From Minisyncoccota bacterium (GTDB lineage: Bacteria > Patescibacteriota > Minisyncoccia > Phycocordibacterales > JAQTLZ01), in assembly GCA_028711065.1 (NCBI GenBank), contig JAQTSY010000001.1:86610-150609 (forward strand): 64,000 nucleotides of DNA, given 5' to 3'. Below are positions 28,631-38,181 of the stretch, one piece after another. The notes under the pieces are model-generated. The model was not told where the DNA came from. It did no database searches and was given only the letters and a program-made list of their open reading frames with translations. Position 1 is the stretch's first letter; every line of letters begins with the position of its first letter. Position numbers and translations under genes: made by a program.

Positions 28631-29782
28631 TTATTTGGCGAAGACAAAGTCGTTGGCATGGATGGCGATGACCGCCGCTCCCCGCAATTGCTCCTTTTCG
28701 GCTTCTGGCAATATGCGGTACTTGTCGACTTTTTCTCGCAACTCATGGCTGGTGTGGCGGGTCAGTCCGCGTCCGAGGAGAATGCCGTCGTCATCAATAA
28801 TTTCGACGACGTCTCTTTTCCCGAACTCGCCCCTAACCTCTTCGATGCCGGCCAAGAGAACCGAAGGGGTTCTCCGCTCGCTTTTGTTCTGAGTTCCGCC
28901 TTCGCGAAGCCTGTCAGCTAGATAAGTTGAGACCACAATTTTTCCCGCTCCGACTGCCGCTGTGAGAAGCCAGCTTTTCAAGGCCTCTTCTTTTTCGGCT
29001 GTTGTGGGGAAGAATGTGCCGAGCTTCTCGCCCCCGATAATCCGCATAAGCGGTGTTTTCTCGGTTCCGGCGGCAATATGCATAGGAATGCCGAGCGAAG
29101 TTACTTTCTCGGCACAGAGGAGCTTGCTCTGAATGCCTCCCTTGCCGGTGTGTTTCCCCGCCTCAAATGTTTCCATAAAGGTGGAGACATCGGCAATTTC
29201 CGGTATAAGTTTGGCGCCCTCTTCCTGTGGCGGACGATCATACACTCCTGCCACGTTGGTGAGGAGGATGAGTTCGTCAGCCGATATCATCGCTGCAATA
29301 ACAAGCGCGAGCTGGTCATTGTCGCTGAAATCCAGTTCTTCCGGCGAGAGCACATCGTTCTCGTTGAAGATTGGAATAACGCCGTATCGGAGGAGTTCTC
29401 CGGTAACGACGCGCAAGCTCAAGTAGAACCTGCGATCAGCGAAGTCGGATCTTGTCGTCAGGAGTTGCCCGCAGCTCAAGTTATGTTTGGCGAATTCTTC
29501 GCTATACAACGCCATGAGCTTCGGTTGGCCTACAGACGCGAGAATTTGCTCCCGAAGAAGCCTCGAGTCATACCGGTCTGGCGCATTGACGGCGAACGTT
29601 GGGTTCGCGAATTGCGAGACGGTTTTCCCCAGGATGACTGCCCCCGAGGAGATAATGACGACTTGATGGCCTTGCTTTACGAGTCCGGCAACGTCTTCCA
29701 CGAGGTTTGCGATAACCTCGTGCTTGATGCCGTCCGGCCCGGAAAGCACAGCGGAACCGATTTTTACTGCGATGCGTTTCAT
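28631..29782 (-). CDS. proB: glutamate 5-kinase (with PUA domain)
   Basis: 'IAVKIGSAVL' amino-acid kinase N-terminus and a C-terminal PUA domain. GC-rich like proS. Confidence 0.85.
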   Translation of the reverse strand: MKRIAVKIGSAVLSGPDGIKHEVIANLVEDVAGLVKQGHQVVIISSGAVILGKTVSQFANPTFAVNAPDRYDSRLLREQILASVGQPKLMALYSEEFAKHNLSCGQLLTTRSDFADRRFYLSLRVVTGELLRYGVIPIFNENDVLSPEELDFSDNDQLALVIAAMISADELILLTNVAGVYDRPPQEEGAKLIPEIADVSTFMETFEAGKHTGKGGIQSKLLCAEKVTSLGIPMHIAAGTEKTPLMRIIGGEKLGTFFPTTAEKEEALKSWLLTAAVGAGKIVVSTYLADRLREGGTQNKSERRTPSVLLAGIEEVRGEFGKRDVVEIIDDDGILLGRGLTRHTSHELREKVDKYRILPEAEKEQLRGAAVIAIHANDFVFAK

Positions 29783-29831
29783 GTGGATGTTCCTCCTAAA
29801 AGGGTTACGCGGCAACAACAAAAGTCAAACT

Positions 29832-30167
29832 TCACTGATAGAGATGAATTTCCGCTGACCGCTCCTTCAACTCTTTTTCCGATAAATGTTTACCGGTGCG
29901 CGTATCATAAAAACGTTCTTCTCCCGACTTAAGCTTGCACCAGATTACCGTTCCCTCAACTGAAGGACAAAACAGATCGACAGGTGAGCCGCCCTCGATT
30001 GAAATTACCACATCAGGTGGCTCTCCTTTCTTAGCTTTAGTGCCAAACAGCACAAGCAGGGCATTACAGTTAGTATTGGTTTTGATGAAGCATGATAGAA
30101 CTGTCCCTTTATGCATCGCCACAATTTCCGACATTGCCCCTTTCCGGGAAGCTTTGGCTTTTTTCAT
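29832..30167 (-). CDS. hypothetical protein co-transcribed upstream of proB
   Basis: AAGGAG lies 8 nt before the ATG on the minus strand. 111 aa; no motifs. Confidence 0.45.
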   Translation of the reverse strand: MKKAKASRKGAMSEIVAMHKGTVLSCFIKTNTNCNALLVLFGTKAKKGEPPDVVISIEGGSPVDLFCPSVEGTVIWCKLKSGEERFYDTRTGKHLSEKELKERSAEIHLYQ

Positions 30168-30403
30168 CTGAATTCTCCTTCTTCGAGGTCGTCAAAGTTG
30201 ACAGAGGACGTCTTAACAGCACAGTCTTCAGCTTAAATCGAAGTCATTGTTTTGTCAAATCTATTCAACACCCCCTTTGATACTGAAATATAATCAAAAT
30301 AATGCTAAAATAAACCACCGACAAACTTGTTTTTCTTGCCAAACCTCCTGTGCATAAGAAACTCCCTTTTTCCCGCTATTTTGATAGAATAAAGCCTAAT
30401 AAA

Positions 30404-30886
30404 ATGGAAAAAATCATAAAAATTACGAAGGGTTCTGGGATGGGAGAGACAAAATTATCCGCTTTTGACGCCGCATTATTTGACGCGGGAATTGCTAACT
30501 ATAATTTGATTCGCCTTTCTTCAATTATGCCCGAGGGATACGAACCGAAAGTAGAGAAAATAAAAATGAATGGATCAACAGACTTTGGCAATAAACTTTA
30601 TGTCGTCTACGCATCACAGATCGAGAACGAAATAGGGAAGGAGGCATGGGCTGGTGTCGGCTGGGTGATGTCAAAAACAGATCCGAAACGGGGCCTCTTT
30701 GTCGAACACGAAGGAGCAGACCGAGCTCAGATCGAACGGCTCATCAGCGAAAGTCTCACAAGCATGGTCAAATACCGCAAAGAAGAATACGGAGAGATCA
30801 GGAGCGAAATCTGCGGAATAAAATGCGAGTCAAAACCAGTTTGCGCCCTTGTTGCTGCGGTTTACAAATCTGAAGGATGGGAGTAG
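30404..30886 (+). CDS. pdaD: pyruvoyl-dependent arginine decarboxylase (archaeal PdaD / AaxB type)
   Basis: 'GETKLSAFDAALFDAGIANYNLIRLSSIMP' is nearly identical in pattern to the PdaD self-cleavage region (the Ser-Ser pyruvoyl site). Confidence 0.85.
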   Translation: MEKIIKITKGSGMGETKLSAFDAALFDAGIANYNLIRLSSIMPEGYEPKVEKIKMNGSTDFGNKLYVVYASQIENEIGKEAWAGVGWVMSKTDPKRGLFVEHEGADRAQIERLISESLTSMVKYRKEEYGEIRSEICGIKCESKPVCALVAAVYKSEGWE

Positions 30887-30914
30887 GGTATTGAATACAT
30901 TTTCTTTTTTATCT

Positions 30915-31823
30915 ATGCACTGGTTTCTCTTTGCTCTTATCAACCCCGTACTCCACGCGGCAGCAAACCATATAGACAAACACCTCATCTCGAAATATTT
31001 TAAGTCGGGAAGCGTTGGTGCTCTTGTCATTTTCACGGCAATTTTCGCGCTCTTTGCGCTTCCTATAATCTGGCTGATCCACCCGGCAATTACCGCAGTC
31101 AGTCCAGTGCACGCGCTTATTCTTGTTTTGAACGGAACACTTGCGTTGGGCTATGTTATTTTATACCTCTATGCTTTGGAAAAAGACGAAGCCTCAATCA
31201 TAGCTCCTTTCTTCCAGATGATTCCAATCTTCGCTTTCATTCTTGGATTTTTTATTTTGAAAGAATTGCCCTCGGCCAAACAAATTGTCGCTGGTCTTCT
31301 TATCATCTGCGGAGCTATCACGTTGTCGCTTGATTTTTCTGGTGCAAAAATAAAATTCAAAAAAGCAGTCGTGCAACTGATGCTTGCTTCATCGCTTCTT
31401 TTGGCCGTAAACGGTGTCATTTTTAAATTCATTGCGCTCAATGAAGGATTTCTGACATCACTTTTCTGGGGAATGCTTGGCCAAATCATTCTAGGAATTC
31501 TCCTCTTTTTGTTTGTAACCTCATACAAAAAACAATTTATACAAGTAGTACGGCAAAATACTTTACCGGTTCTTGGACTTAACTTTCTGAACGGACTGAT
31601 CATTCTCATGGGGGATGTCGCGCTCAATTTCGCAATACTTCTCGCACCAGTCAGTCTTGTCCTCGCAGTAAGCGGTTTCCAGCCTCTCTTCGTATTCATT
31701 TTTGGAATTCTTTTGACTTTTTTTTACCCAGCATTCGGTAAAGAATCGTTCGAGAGAAAAGTACTTGCGCAGAAAATCGCCGGAATAGCCATTATTATTT
31801 TGGGAAGCGTTCTCATAAACTAA
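30915..31823 (+). CDS. EamA/DMT-family transporter
   Basis: About 300 aa with 10 predicted TM helices in a duplicated EamA-like arrangement. Immediately downstream of pdaD. Confidence 0.6.
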   Translation: MHWFLFALINPVLHAAANHIDKHLISKYFKSGSVGALVIFTAIFALFALPIIWLIHPAITAVSPVHALILVLNGTLALGYVILYLYALEKDEASIIAPFFQMIPIFAFILGFFILKELPSAKQIVAGLLIICGAITLSLDFSGAKIKFKKAVVQLMLASSLLLAVNGVIFKFIALNEGFLTSLFWGMLGQIILGILLFLFVTSYKKQFIQVVRQNTLPVLGLNFLNGLIILMGDVALNFAILLAPVSLVLAVSGFQPLFVFIFGILLTFFYPAFGKESFERKVLAQKIAGIAIIILGSVLIN

Positions 31824-31828
31824 AATCT

Positions 31829-32734
31829 ATGATTCCAGAATTTCCAAAATTTAAAAAATTAGAGCTCTCTGACAAAGCGGATGTGGAGGCTTTTACCCAT
31901 AAATACCCGCCATATTCTGATTTTAATTTTACTAGTATGTGGTCCTGGAATATAAAAGATGAGATGAGTATTTCACAGATGAATAATAATTTTGTCGTCC
32001 GTTTTACAGACTACGTCACAGGCAAACCGTTCTTATCATTTCTCGGTACAAATAAAGTAAATGAGACAGCACAGGCACTCTTGGAATTTTCAAAATCTGA
32101 AGGCCTAGAAGAGCAGATGAAATTAATTCCCGAAGATGTAATAAAACATCTCAATAAGGAACAATTTAAAATCCAGGAGGATAGAGATAATCACGATTAC
32201 ATTTTTTCTGTAGAGAAATTAAAGCCGCGGGCCAGTGCGGGAAGAAAATTAAGTACGAGAAGAAAGATCGTAAATAGGCTCCGACAACTCTCTCATTATT
32301 CCGTAACTCCAATTGATTTAAACGACAAAACTGTAAAAGAAAAAATCGAAAAAGTTTCTCTTGTATGGGAAGAGCAAAGGGGTATAGCAGAGAAAGATGC
32401 GAGGCATCTTTCTCGAGCCATGAACCGCATACTCACCATGGAACACTCGAAAAATACTTTATCTTTGGGGGTATTTATTAGAGAACAATTTGTCGGCTAT
32501 TCAATAAATGAAATCGTGAACGATGAGTACGCGATGGGAGATTTTCAACAGGCCGATCTAAAATCTTCTCTGGGAATATATGCCTTTCTCATGGAAGAAA
32601 CGGGTCTCTATTTAGACAAAATCGGCTGTAAATATATAAATCTTGAGCAAGATTTGGGTATTCCGGGACTTAGGAAGTGGAAAATGTCTTATCATCACGA
32701 TTTCTTCCTTAAAAAGTATATTGTAAGCCTGTAG
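31829..32734 (+). CDS. DUF2156 domain protein (MprF C-terminal aminoacyl-transferase-like)
   Basis: N-terminal 'FKKLELSDKADVEAFTHKY..YSDFNFTSMWSW' matches the DUF2156 / LysPG-synthase C-domain pattern (L.LeDk..f..y......s#f.F.n$%.W). Confidence 0.55.
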   Translation: MIPEFPKFKKLELSDKADVEAFTHKYPPYSDFNFTSMWSWNIKDEMSISQMNNNFVVRFTDYVTGKPFLSFLGTNKVNETAQALLEFSKSEGLEEQMKLIPEDVIKHLNKEQFKIQEDRDNHDYIFSVEKLKPRASAGRKLSTRRKIVNRLRQLSHYSVTPIDLNDKTVKEKIEKVSLVWEEQRGIAEKDARHLSRAMNRILTMEHSKNTLSLGVFIREQFVGYSINEIVNDEYAMGDFQQADLKSSLGIYAFLMEETGLYLDKIGCKYINLEQDLGIPGLRKWKMSYHHDFFLKKYIVSL

Positions 32735-32778
32735 ATAAGTGACTCCTCATAAAGTTATCATCTGGTATAATAAATTTC

Positions 32779-33606
32779 ATGAAAGAACACTCTCTCAATA
32801 TGAGAAAAAATAAAGAAATACAAACAGTATTTTCTATTTTTATTATCCTTACACTTTGGAGAGTTGCTTTATTCCTCTTTCATGTAGAAGAGGGCCAGTC
32901 TTGGTCATTTTGGTGGGGAGCAACTTATCAAATTATCGCGCTCTGGGGAGGAATTCGGGGTTTAATGGCATCTCGCGCTTGGGGAGGACACAAGAGCAAA
33001 TTAGGAAGACTTATAATAGCATTCTCGATTGGACTTCTGTTCCAGGTATTTGGTCAGACGGTCTCAAGCTATTTCGTGTACACAACCGGAGATATTCCAT
33101 ATCCCTCATTGGGTGATCTGGGTTTCTTTGGCAGTATTCCTTTCTACATGTATGGAGTTTTCTTGCTGGCTCAAGTATCAGGAGTTTCTTTTTCTCTCAA
33201 GAAAAATATAACAAAACAAACAATAGCCTTCGGGGCATTCTTAGCAATGATATTTGTATCGTATCTCATCTTTCTGAATGGGCAGCAGTTTGATTGGTCT
33301 GATCGCCTCGGGACATTTCTGAATATCGCTTACCCCCTTACGCAAGCAGGATACGTGGCATTGGCAATTCTCACTTATCTGTTGTCGAGAAAATATTTAG
33401 GGGGAATGATGAAAATCCCGATTCTCCTTTTTCTTGCTGCCTTGGTCATAGAATATTTGTCTGATTTCACTTTTCTCTACCAGGCGGTTCACAATTTGTA
33501 TATTCCTGAGGGAATAAACGATTACATGTACTGTGTAGCATACTTTATCATGGCAATTGCCCTCATATCGGTAAGTATTACATTCAACAAAATAAGAGAA
33601 TCATAA
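32779..33606 (+). CDS. polytopic membrane protein, hypothetical
   Basis: About 7 TM helices; no motifs. Lies upstream of a soluble histidine kinase. Confidence 0.45.
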   Translation: MKEHSLNMRKNKEIQTVFSIFIILTLWRVALFLFHVEEGQSWSFWWGATYQIIALWGGIRGLMASRAWGGHKSKLGRLIIAFSIGLLFQVFGQTVSSYFVYTTGDIPYPSLGDLGFFGSIPFYMYGVFLLAQVSGVSFSLKKNITKQTIAFGAFLAMIFVSYLIFLNGQQFDWSDRLGTFLNIAYPLTQAGYVALAILTYLLSRKYLGGMMKIPILLFLAALVIEYLSDFTFLYQAVHNLYIPEGINDYMYCVAYFIMAIALISVSITFNKIRES

Positions 33607-33613
33607 AATTACC

Positions 33614-33889
33614 ATGGCCACCCTCGACCAAATTGCCACAAAGATAATCACGGAGCAGGAGCTTGTTATCGGCCCTCTTGCTTGGAGTGAGGCGGGGAAG
33701 GTCCAGGGATTACAAGTTAGCGATCACCACATTACTTTCAACGATGGGGATCAAAAAGAAGTGGTAAACCGTCTTGTCAGCCAGTATGAACGACTTTTCG
33801 GCAGAGCTTCTCACGAAGTGTGTCGGGAAGCTGTTGCTAGCATGATTGCTGATCTTAAGCCCGAAGAGATTCCCTCCAGCCTAAGATAG
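33614..33889 (+). CDS. small hypothetical protein
   Basis: 91-aa ORF tightly following the membrane protein. Confidence 0.35.
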   Translation: MATLDQIATKIITEQELVIGPLAWSEAGKVQGLQVSDHHITFNDGDQKEVVNRLVSQYERLFGRASHEVCREAVASMIADLKPEEIPSSLR

Positions 33890-34017
33890 GACTTCCGCCT
33901 TTGGCGAACTTCTTCGTTACTTCACTCGTTTGTTCCCGCACTGTATAATAATACAGCTTGGTCACAAGCTCGCTTGCGCCTCGAATTTCATCCAAATGCG
34001 CAAGTCCTTCATGAAAA

Positions 34018-35394
34018 ATGTTTCTTCGAAAAACAAAAACCCAGGCTATACAAAGCCCGTCGTCTCCTAATGACGATGAATTCAAAAAGGCTACGGAAAG
34101 CCTCTACAAGCAAAATCACGAGCTTGCGATAAAAAACAAGACCCTTTCTCTTCTTCGAGAGCTCTATCAAATCAGCATCCAGAATTTTCGGCCCGAAACT
34201 CTTGCGGAAAGATTAACGAAAACAATTCGCGATGCGTTTGAGTATGAATTAGTGGGGCTTTTTTCATATCAGGTTGAAAAAGACACTTTTACTCCGGTTC
34301 GATTTTCAAGATCAGAACGGTGGGATAAAACACGCGCCGAGATGAAGCTCTCTTTTGATTCTCTTACTATTGCGGAAGCTTCACAGGGCATACTTTCTCC
34401 GCTTGTTCGCGAAAAGACAATGGTGCATGTAGAAAATCTTGCCGATATCTGGATAGAAAATCTGCCAGCTAAAGTTATCAAAGAATTTCAGGAGAAAGTG
34501 CACGTAAAAAGTCTCTTGACGTATCCGCTCCTTACAGAGAACAGAATAATAGGAGTACTCGCTATCGGCCTCAACAGAAACTACAACGAGCTGATTCAAT
34601 ACGAAAAAGATTCGATTGCAAGCTTCATTAACGTCATAGCAATCGCGCTCGACAAAGCATATTTGTATAAAGAGTTACAGATCACGAATAAAGAGCTCGC
34701 GGAAGCGAACGAAAGACAAACTACCCTTATCCACTTCATAACCCATCAGGTCAAAGGCTTTCTTACTAATTCACGAAACGTCTTCTCAATGATCCTTGAG
34801 GGAGATTTCGGCGAGATATCTGATGAAGTGCGCAAGATGGCCCAAGGGGGACTTGAATCCGGTACGAAAGGCGTTAATACTGTTCAAGACATCTTGAACG
34901 CGGCAAATATAAAAACAGGGAAAATGGGTTATATTATGGCGTCCATGGATGTCCGCCCATTAGTCGAGAGTACAACTTCAGAATTAAAAGGAGCAGCAGA
35001 GAAAAAAGGACTGAAACTTACACTCAACAATTCTGCTGATTCATACATGATAGAGGGCGACAAAGAACAACTAAAGCATGTCTTCAAAAATCTTATCGAC
35101 AACTCGATCAAGTACACCCCGACAGGCAGCGTAAATGTCTCGCTCGAAAAGAAAGATGGGAAAATACTTTTTGCGGTCAAAGATACGGGAGTCGGAATTA
35201 CAGATGAGGACAAGAAACGCCTCTTTACGGAAGGTGGACATGGAGCAGAGTCACAAACAATCAATGTTGAGTCTACTGGCTTTGGACTTTTTATCGTAAA
35301 AGGAATTGTCGAGGCACACCATGGCCGCGTTTGGGCAGAGTCAGAAGGGAAGGGAAAAGGCTCGCAGTTCTATGCAGAATTCCCAGCTAAGTAA
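34018..35394 (+). CDS. GAF-domain sensor histidine kinase (cytoplasmic)
   Basis: HisKA H-box 'IHFITHQVKG' and HATPase_c N/G boxes ('NLIDNSIKYT', 'DTGVGI', 'GFGLFIVKGIVEAHHG'). No TM segment. No response regulator in the window. Confidence 0.8.
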   Translation: MFLRKTKTQAIQSPSSPNDDEFKKATESLYKQNHELAIKNKTLSLLRELYQISIQNFRPETLAERLTKTIRDAFEYELVGLFSYQVEKDTFTPVRFSRSERWDKTRAEMKLSFDSLTIAEASQGILSPLVREKTMVHVENLADIWIENLPAKVIKEFQEKVHVKSLLTYPLLTENRIIGVLAIGLNRNYNELIQYEKDSIASFINVIAIALDKAYLYKELQITNKELAEANERQTTLIHFITHQVKGFLTNSRNVFSMILEGDFGEISDEVRKMAQGGLESGTKGVNTVQDILNAANIKTGKMGYIMASMDVRPLVESTTSELKGAAEKKGLKLTLNNSADSYMIEGDKEQLKHVFKNLIDNSIKYTPTGSVNVSLEKKDGKILFAVKDTGVGITDEDKKRLFTEGGHGAESQTINVESTGFGLFIVKGIVEAHHGRVWAESEGKGKGSQFYAEFPAK

Positions 35395-35401
35395 GTCGAA
35401 T

Positions 35402-35716
35402 TTGACACTATTTTTACCTCCTGTATAGTAAATACAGATTCTTTACAACTGCAATATCTACGTATAGGTCCCTTGGCTTAGGCTTAAGGGATTGGGCCTA
35501 TGCAGTTCGCGTAAGCGAGCAAGATGATTTCTGCGCAAGTGGAAATCCGGTCTCCTCCGTTACAAGGATAATCGATGTCTGCCGAAAGGCGTATGAGTCG
35601 ATGAGTGGAACAAAAAAGACCCGCTCGGGTATTTTTTGTTCCTGAAACCCAAGGTGGTACCGCGGAAAACCCGCCCTTGATGCATATTTCGATATGCGTC
35701 GAAGGCGGGTTTTTTG
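35402..35716 (+). promoter_or_regulatory. T-box riboswitch leader (probable tRNA-Trp specificity) with its own sigma70-type promoter
   Basis: Promoter TTGACA-N16-TATAGT at 35402-35429. F-box 'CCGTTA' at 35558-35563. T-box sequence 'aaGGTGGTACCGCGG' at 35651-35665 (13 of 14 matches to AGGGUGGNACCGCG). Terminator 'cccgccc..ggcggg' followed by TTTTTT at 35670-35716. Candidate specifier 'UGG-A' lies in 'gcaagUGGAaauc'. Downstream are trpB-trpA-trpS. Confidence 0.75.
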
Positions 35717-35844
35717 CGTGTGATTGTAAAAATGGTTCATTTAAAAAGAGAGATTTCACCAAGTCAACGGAGTTCGCTTCCAATGTGGCAAGCGATCCCG
35801 AAATTACCGAGCGTCACCCGAAGGCGAGTAGAAAGGAAAAAACG

Positions 35845-36039
35845 ATGGAAACAAGAACTGACCGGACAGAGCTCCTTGAGCTTCTCCTCAAGGAACACCT
35901 CACCCCAGAGGAAGAGGCGAAGCTCGCTCAGAACGAGGGCGTGGCCAACGGACTCGTGGATACAATGCGGGGACGTTTGGTGAGTTTTGGTCTCCGCCCC
36001 AAAAACGGCGAGAAAGATCCACGCTGTTGGGCGCAGTAA
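35845..36039 (+). CDS. small GC-rich hypothetical ORF (64 aa) between the T-box leader and trpB
   Basis: RBS-like 'gaaaggaaaaaacgATG'. About 57% GC versus 40% background. Followed by hairpin 'ggcctcgtgcaatcacgacgaggcc' at 36064-36088 with a weak U-tract. Confidence 0.35.
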   Translation: METRTDRTELLELLLKEHLTPEEEAKLAQNEGVANGLVDTMRGRLVSFGLRPKNGEKDPRCWAQ

Positions 36040-36133
36040 CAGAAGTACTCTCTGAGAGATAAGGGCCTCGTGCAATCACGACGAGGCCTTCTATTAAAAT
36101 CAAATGTTTTCAGCTACTATTAGTTAAAATGCA

Positions 36134-37360
36134 ATGAAAAGAAAGGAAAAACAAAAAAATACATACGGCGGAGCATATGTTCCAGAAATGCTCGTTCACG
36201 CACTCAAAGAAATAGAAATTGAATTTGAGAAAGCTTTGAAAGATAAGCGGTTTCAGAAAGAATTTCGAGAACTTCTGCGCTCTTACAGCGGACGGCCAAC
36301 TCCGCTTATTTATGCTGGAAATCTCACCAAACATTTTGGCGGTGGTAAGTTATATCTTAAAAATGAAGGCGCAAACCATACAGGAGCTCATAAAATCACT
36401 CATTGCTTAGGCCAAGCGCTCATCGCAAAAAGACTCGGGAAGAAAGAGCTAATTGCAGAGACTGGGGCAGGCCAGCATGGAGTCGCAACAGCAACTGTTG
36501 CCGCAAAGTTCGGTTTTAAATGCAAAATATTTATGGGAGAAGTTGATATCGCCCGTCAAAGACCGAACGTTTTCTGGATGGAACAACTTGGGGCGGAAGT
36601 CATAAGCGTTTCTTCGGGAAGTAAGACTTTGAAAGATGCCGTGAACGAAGCCCTCAAATATTGGATGGCTCATTCGGATGAGAGTTATTACGTGATTGGT
36701 TCTGTCCTCGGCCCCCATCCATATCCGGAAATGAATAGAACTTTCCAGTCGATTATCGGAGAAGAAATTCGTGAGCAAACAAGAAAAGCAGAAAAAAAGC
36801 TTCCTGATGTAGTTGTCGCCTGCGTGGGAGGCGGAAGCAACGCAATCGGCGCATTTTACGATTTTGTGAAAGAAAAAAATGTCCGACTTATCGGAGTTGA
36901 AGCGGGAGGAATCGGAAAAAGAGTCGGGGAAAATGCCATGCGAAAAGAAAATGGCAGCCTCGGAATCTTTCAGGGATACAAATCACTTTTTCTTCAGACG
37001 AGCGAAGGACATATCGCCCCCACGCATAGCGTAGCGGCAGGATTAGATTATCCGGGAATGGGGCCGGAACTCGCGACACTGTTTCGAGAGAAAAGAGTTG
37101 AACTTCAATCTGCAACTGATAAAGAAGCCGTCGAAGCATGTCTTCTTACGGCAAAACATGAGGGAGTTATTCCCGCACTTGAATCTTCACACGCACTTGC
37201 ATATGCGTATAAAATACTGCCGAAACTCTCGAAAAAAGAAGTGGTGGTGGTAAACGTATCAGGAAGAGGGGATAAAGACCTTTTCAATCTCACCAGATAC
37301 CTAAACCACAAGGAATTTAAAAAGTTTCTCGCAGAAGAAATTCAAAGATATGAAAAATAA
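36134..37360 (+). CDS. trpB: tryptophan synthase beta chain
   Basis: PLP-lysine region 'GGAHKITHCLGQA' and 'GGGSNAIG' motifs. TrpB1 length, 408 aa. Confidence 0.9.
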   Translation: MKRKEKQKNTYGGAYVPEMLVHALKEIEIEFEKALKDKRFQKEFRELLRSYSGRPTPLIYAGNLTKHFGGGKLYLKNEGANHTGAHKITHCLGQALIAKRLGKKELIAETGAGQHGVATATVAAKFGFKCKIFMGEVDIARQRPNVFWMEQLGAEVISVSSGSKTLKDAVNEALKYWMAHSDESYYVIGSVLGPHPYPEMNRTFQSIIGEEIREQTRKAEKKLPDVVVACVGGGSNAIGAFYDFVKEKNVRLIGVEAGGIGKRVGENAMRKENGSLGIFQGYKSLFLQTSEGHIAPTHSVAAGLDYPGMGPELATLFREKRVELQSATDKEAVEACLLTAKHEGVIPALESSHALAYAYKILPKLSKKEVVVVNVSGRGDKDLFNLTRYLNHKEFKKFLAEEIQRYEK

Positions 37361-38138
37361 TCTTGATCACATAATAGAAAAATTTGGCGAGAGAAAAAAG
37401 ACGGCAATTATGGCCCATCTTGTAACGGGATATCCGACTCTTGCTCTCTCGAAAAAAATTGCGCAGTCGCTTGTAGCCGGCGGAGCAGATATTATCGAAA
37501 TCCAGGTCCCTTTTTCTGACCCAATGGCAGACGGACCACTTATCGTTGAAGCTTGTCAGAAGTCCCTCGATAATGGAACCAAAGTAAAAGATAGTTTTGC
37601 GTTGGCTGAATTCGTAGAGGAGACTTTAAAAACTCCGGTGGTGCTTATGACATATGCAAATATTGTTATTCATATGGGTATCGAAAAATTCTGCGATGAG
37701 TGCAGAAAGTATAAAATTTCTGGAGTAATTGTCCCCGATCTTCCTTACGACTCAAAAGAGGGAAGGGAATTAAAGAAGCAGGCCGCGAGAAAAGAAATTC
37801 ATTTGATTTATGTTCTCTCTCCAGCGATAGAAAAAGAGAGGCTTGAGAAAATTTCTAGACAAGCAACTGGCTTTCTCTACTGCACATCGAGGCAGGGAAC
37901 TACCGGAACAGGAAAAAGATTTGCGAATGATTTGCATTCATATCTTAAAAGAGTTAAAAAAAGTTCTCATCTGCCTTTAGCTGTCGGATTTGGAATTTCC
38001 TCTCACAAAGACGTAAAAGAAATAAAACCCGAGGGAGATATTGCAGTCATTGGCAGTGCAATTATTGATCTTATACAAAAAACTCCAACACAAAAAACAT
38101 TGAAGACTATCGAAAAGTTCGTAGAAAGGTTGAAATAG
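37350..38138 (+). CDS. trpA: tryptophan synthase alpha chain
   Basis: TIM-barrel TrpA with 'IEIQVPFSDPMADGP' and a C-terminal 'GFGIS' phosphate-binding loop. Overlaps trpB by 11 nt. Confidence 0.85.
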   Translation: MKNNLDHIIEKFGERKKTAIMAHLVTGYPTLALSKKIAQSLVAGGADIIEIQVPFSDPMADGPLIVEACQKSLDNGTKVKDSFALAEFVEETLKTPVVLMTYANIVIHMGIEKFCDECRKYKISGVIVPDLPYDSKEGRELKKQAARKEIHLIYVLSPAIEKERLEKISRQATGFLYCTSRQGTTGTGKRFANDLHSYLKRVKKSSHLPLAVGFGISSHKDVKEIKPEGDIAVIGSAIIDLIQKTPTQKTLKTIEKFVERLK

Positions 38139-38181
38139 AGTTGGTTATACATAACAGCCTTATTTTGGTATTATTAACGCC

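Noticed and set aside
29078-29932. 284-aa plus-strand ORF
   Set aside because: Entirely antisense to GC-rich proB. No motifs and no RBS.
35540-35565. RNase P RNA P4-like string 'GGAAATCCGGTCTCC'
   Set aside because: It resembles the RNase P 'GGAAAGUCCGGGCUCC' sequence, but the region is only about 280 nt, lacks the complementary P4 strand 'ACAGAANCCGGCUUA', and is better explained as Stem I/II of the T-box leader.
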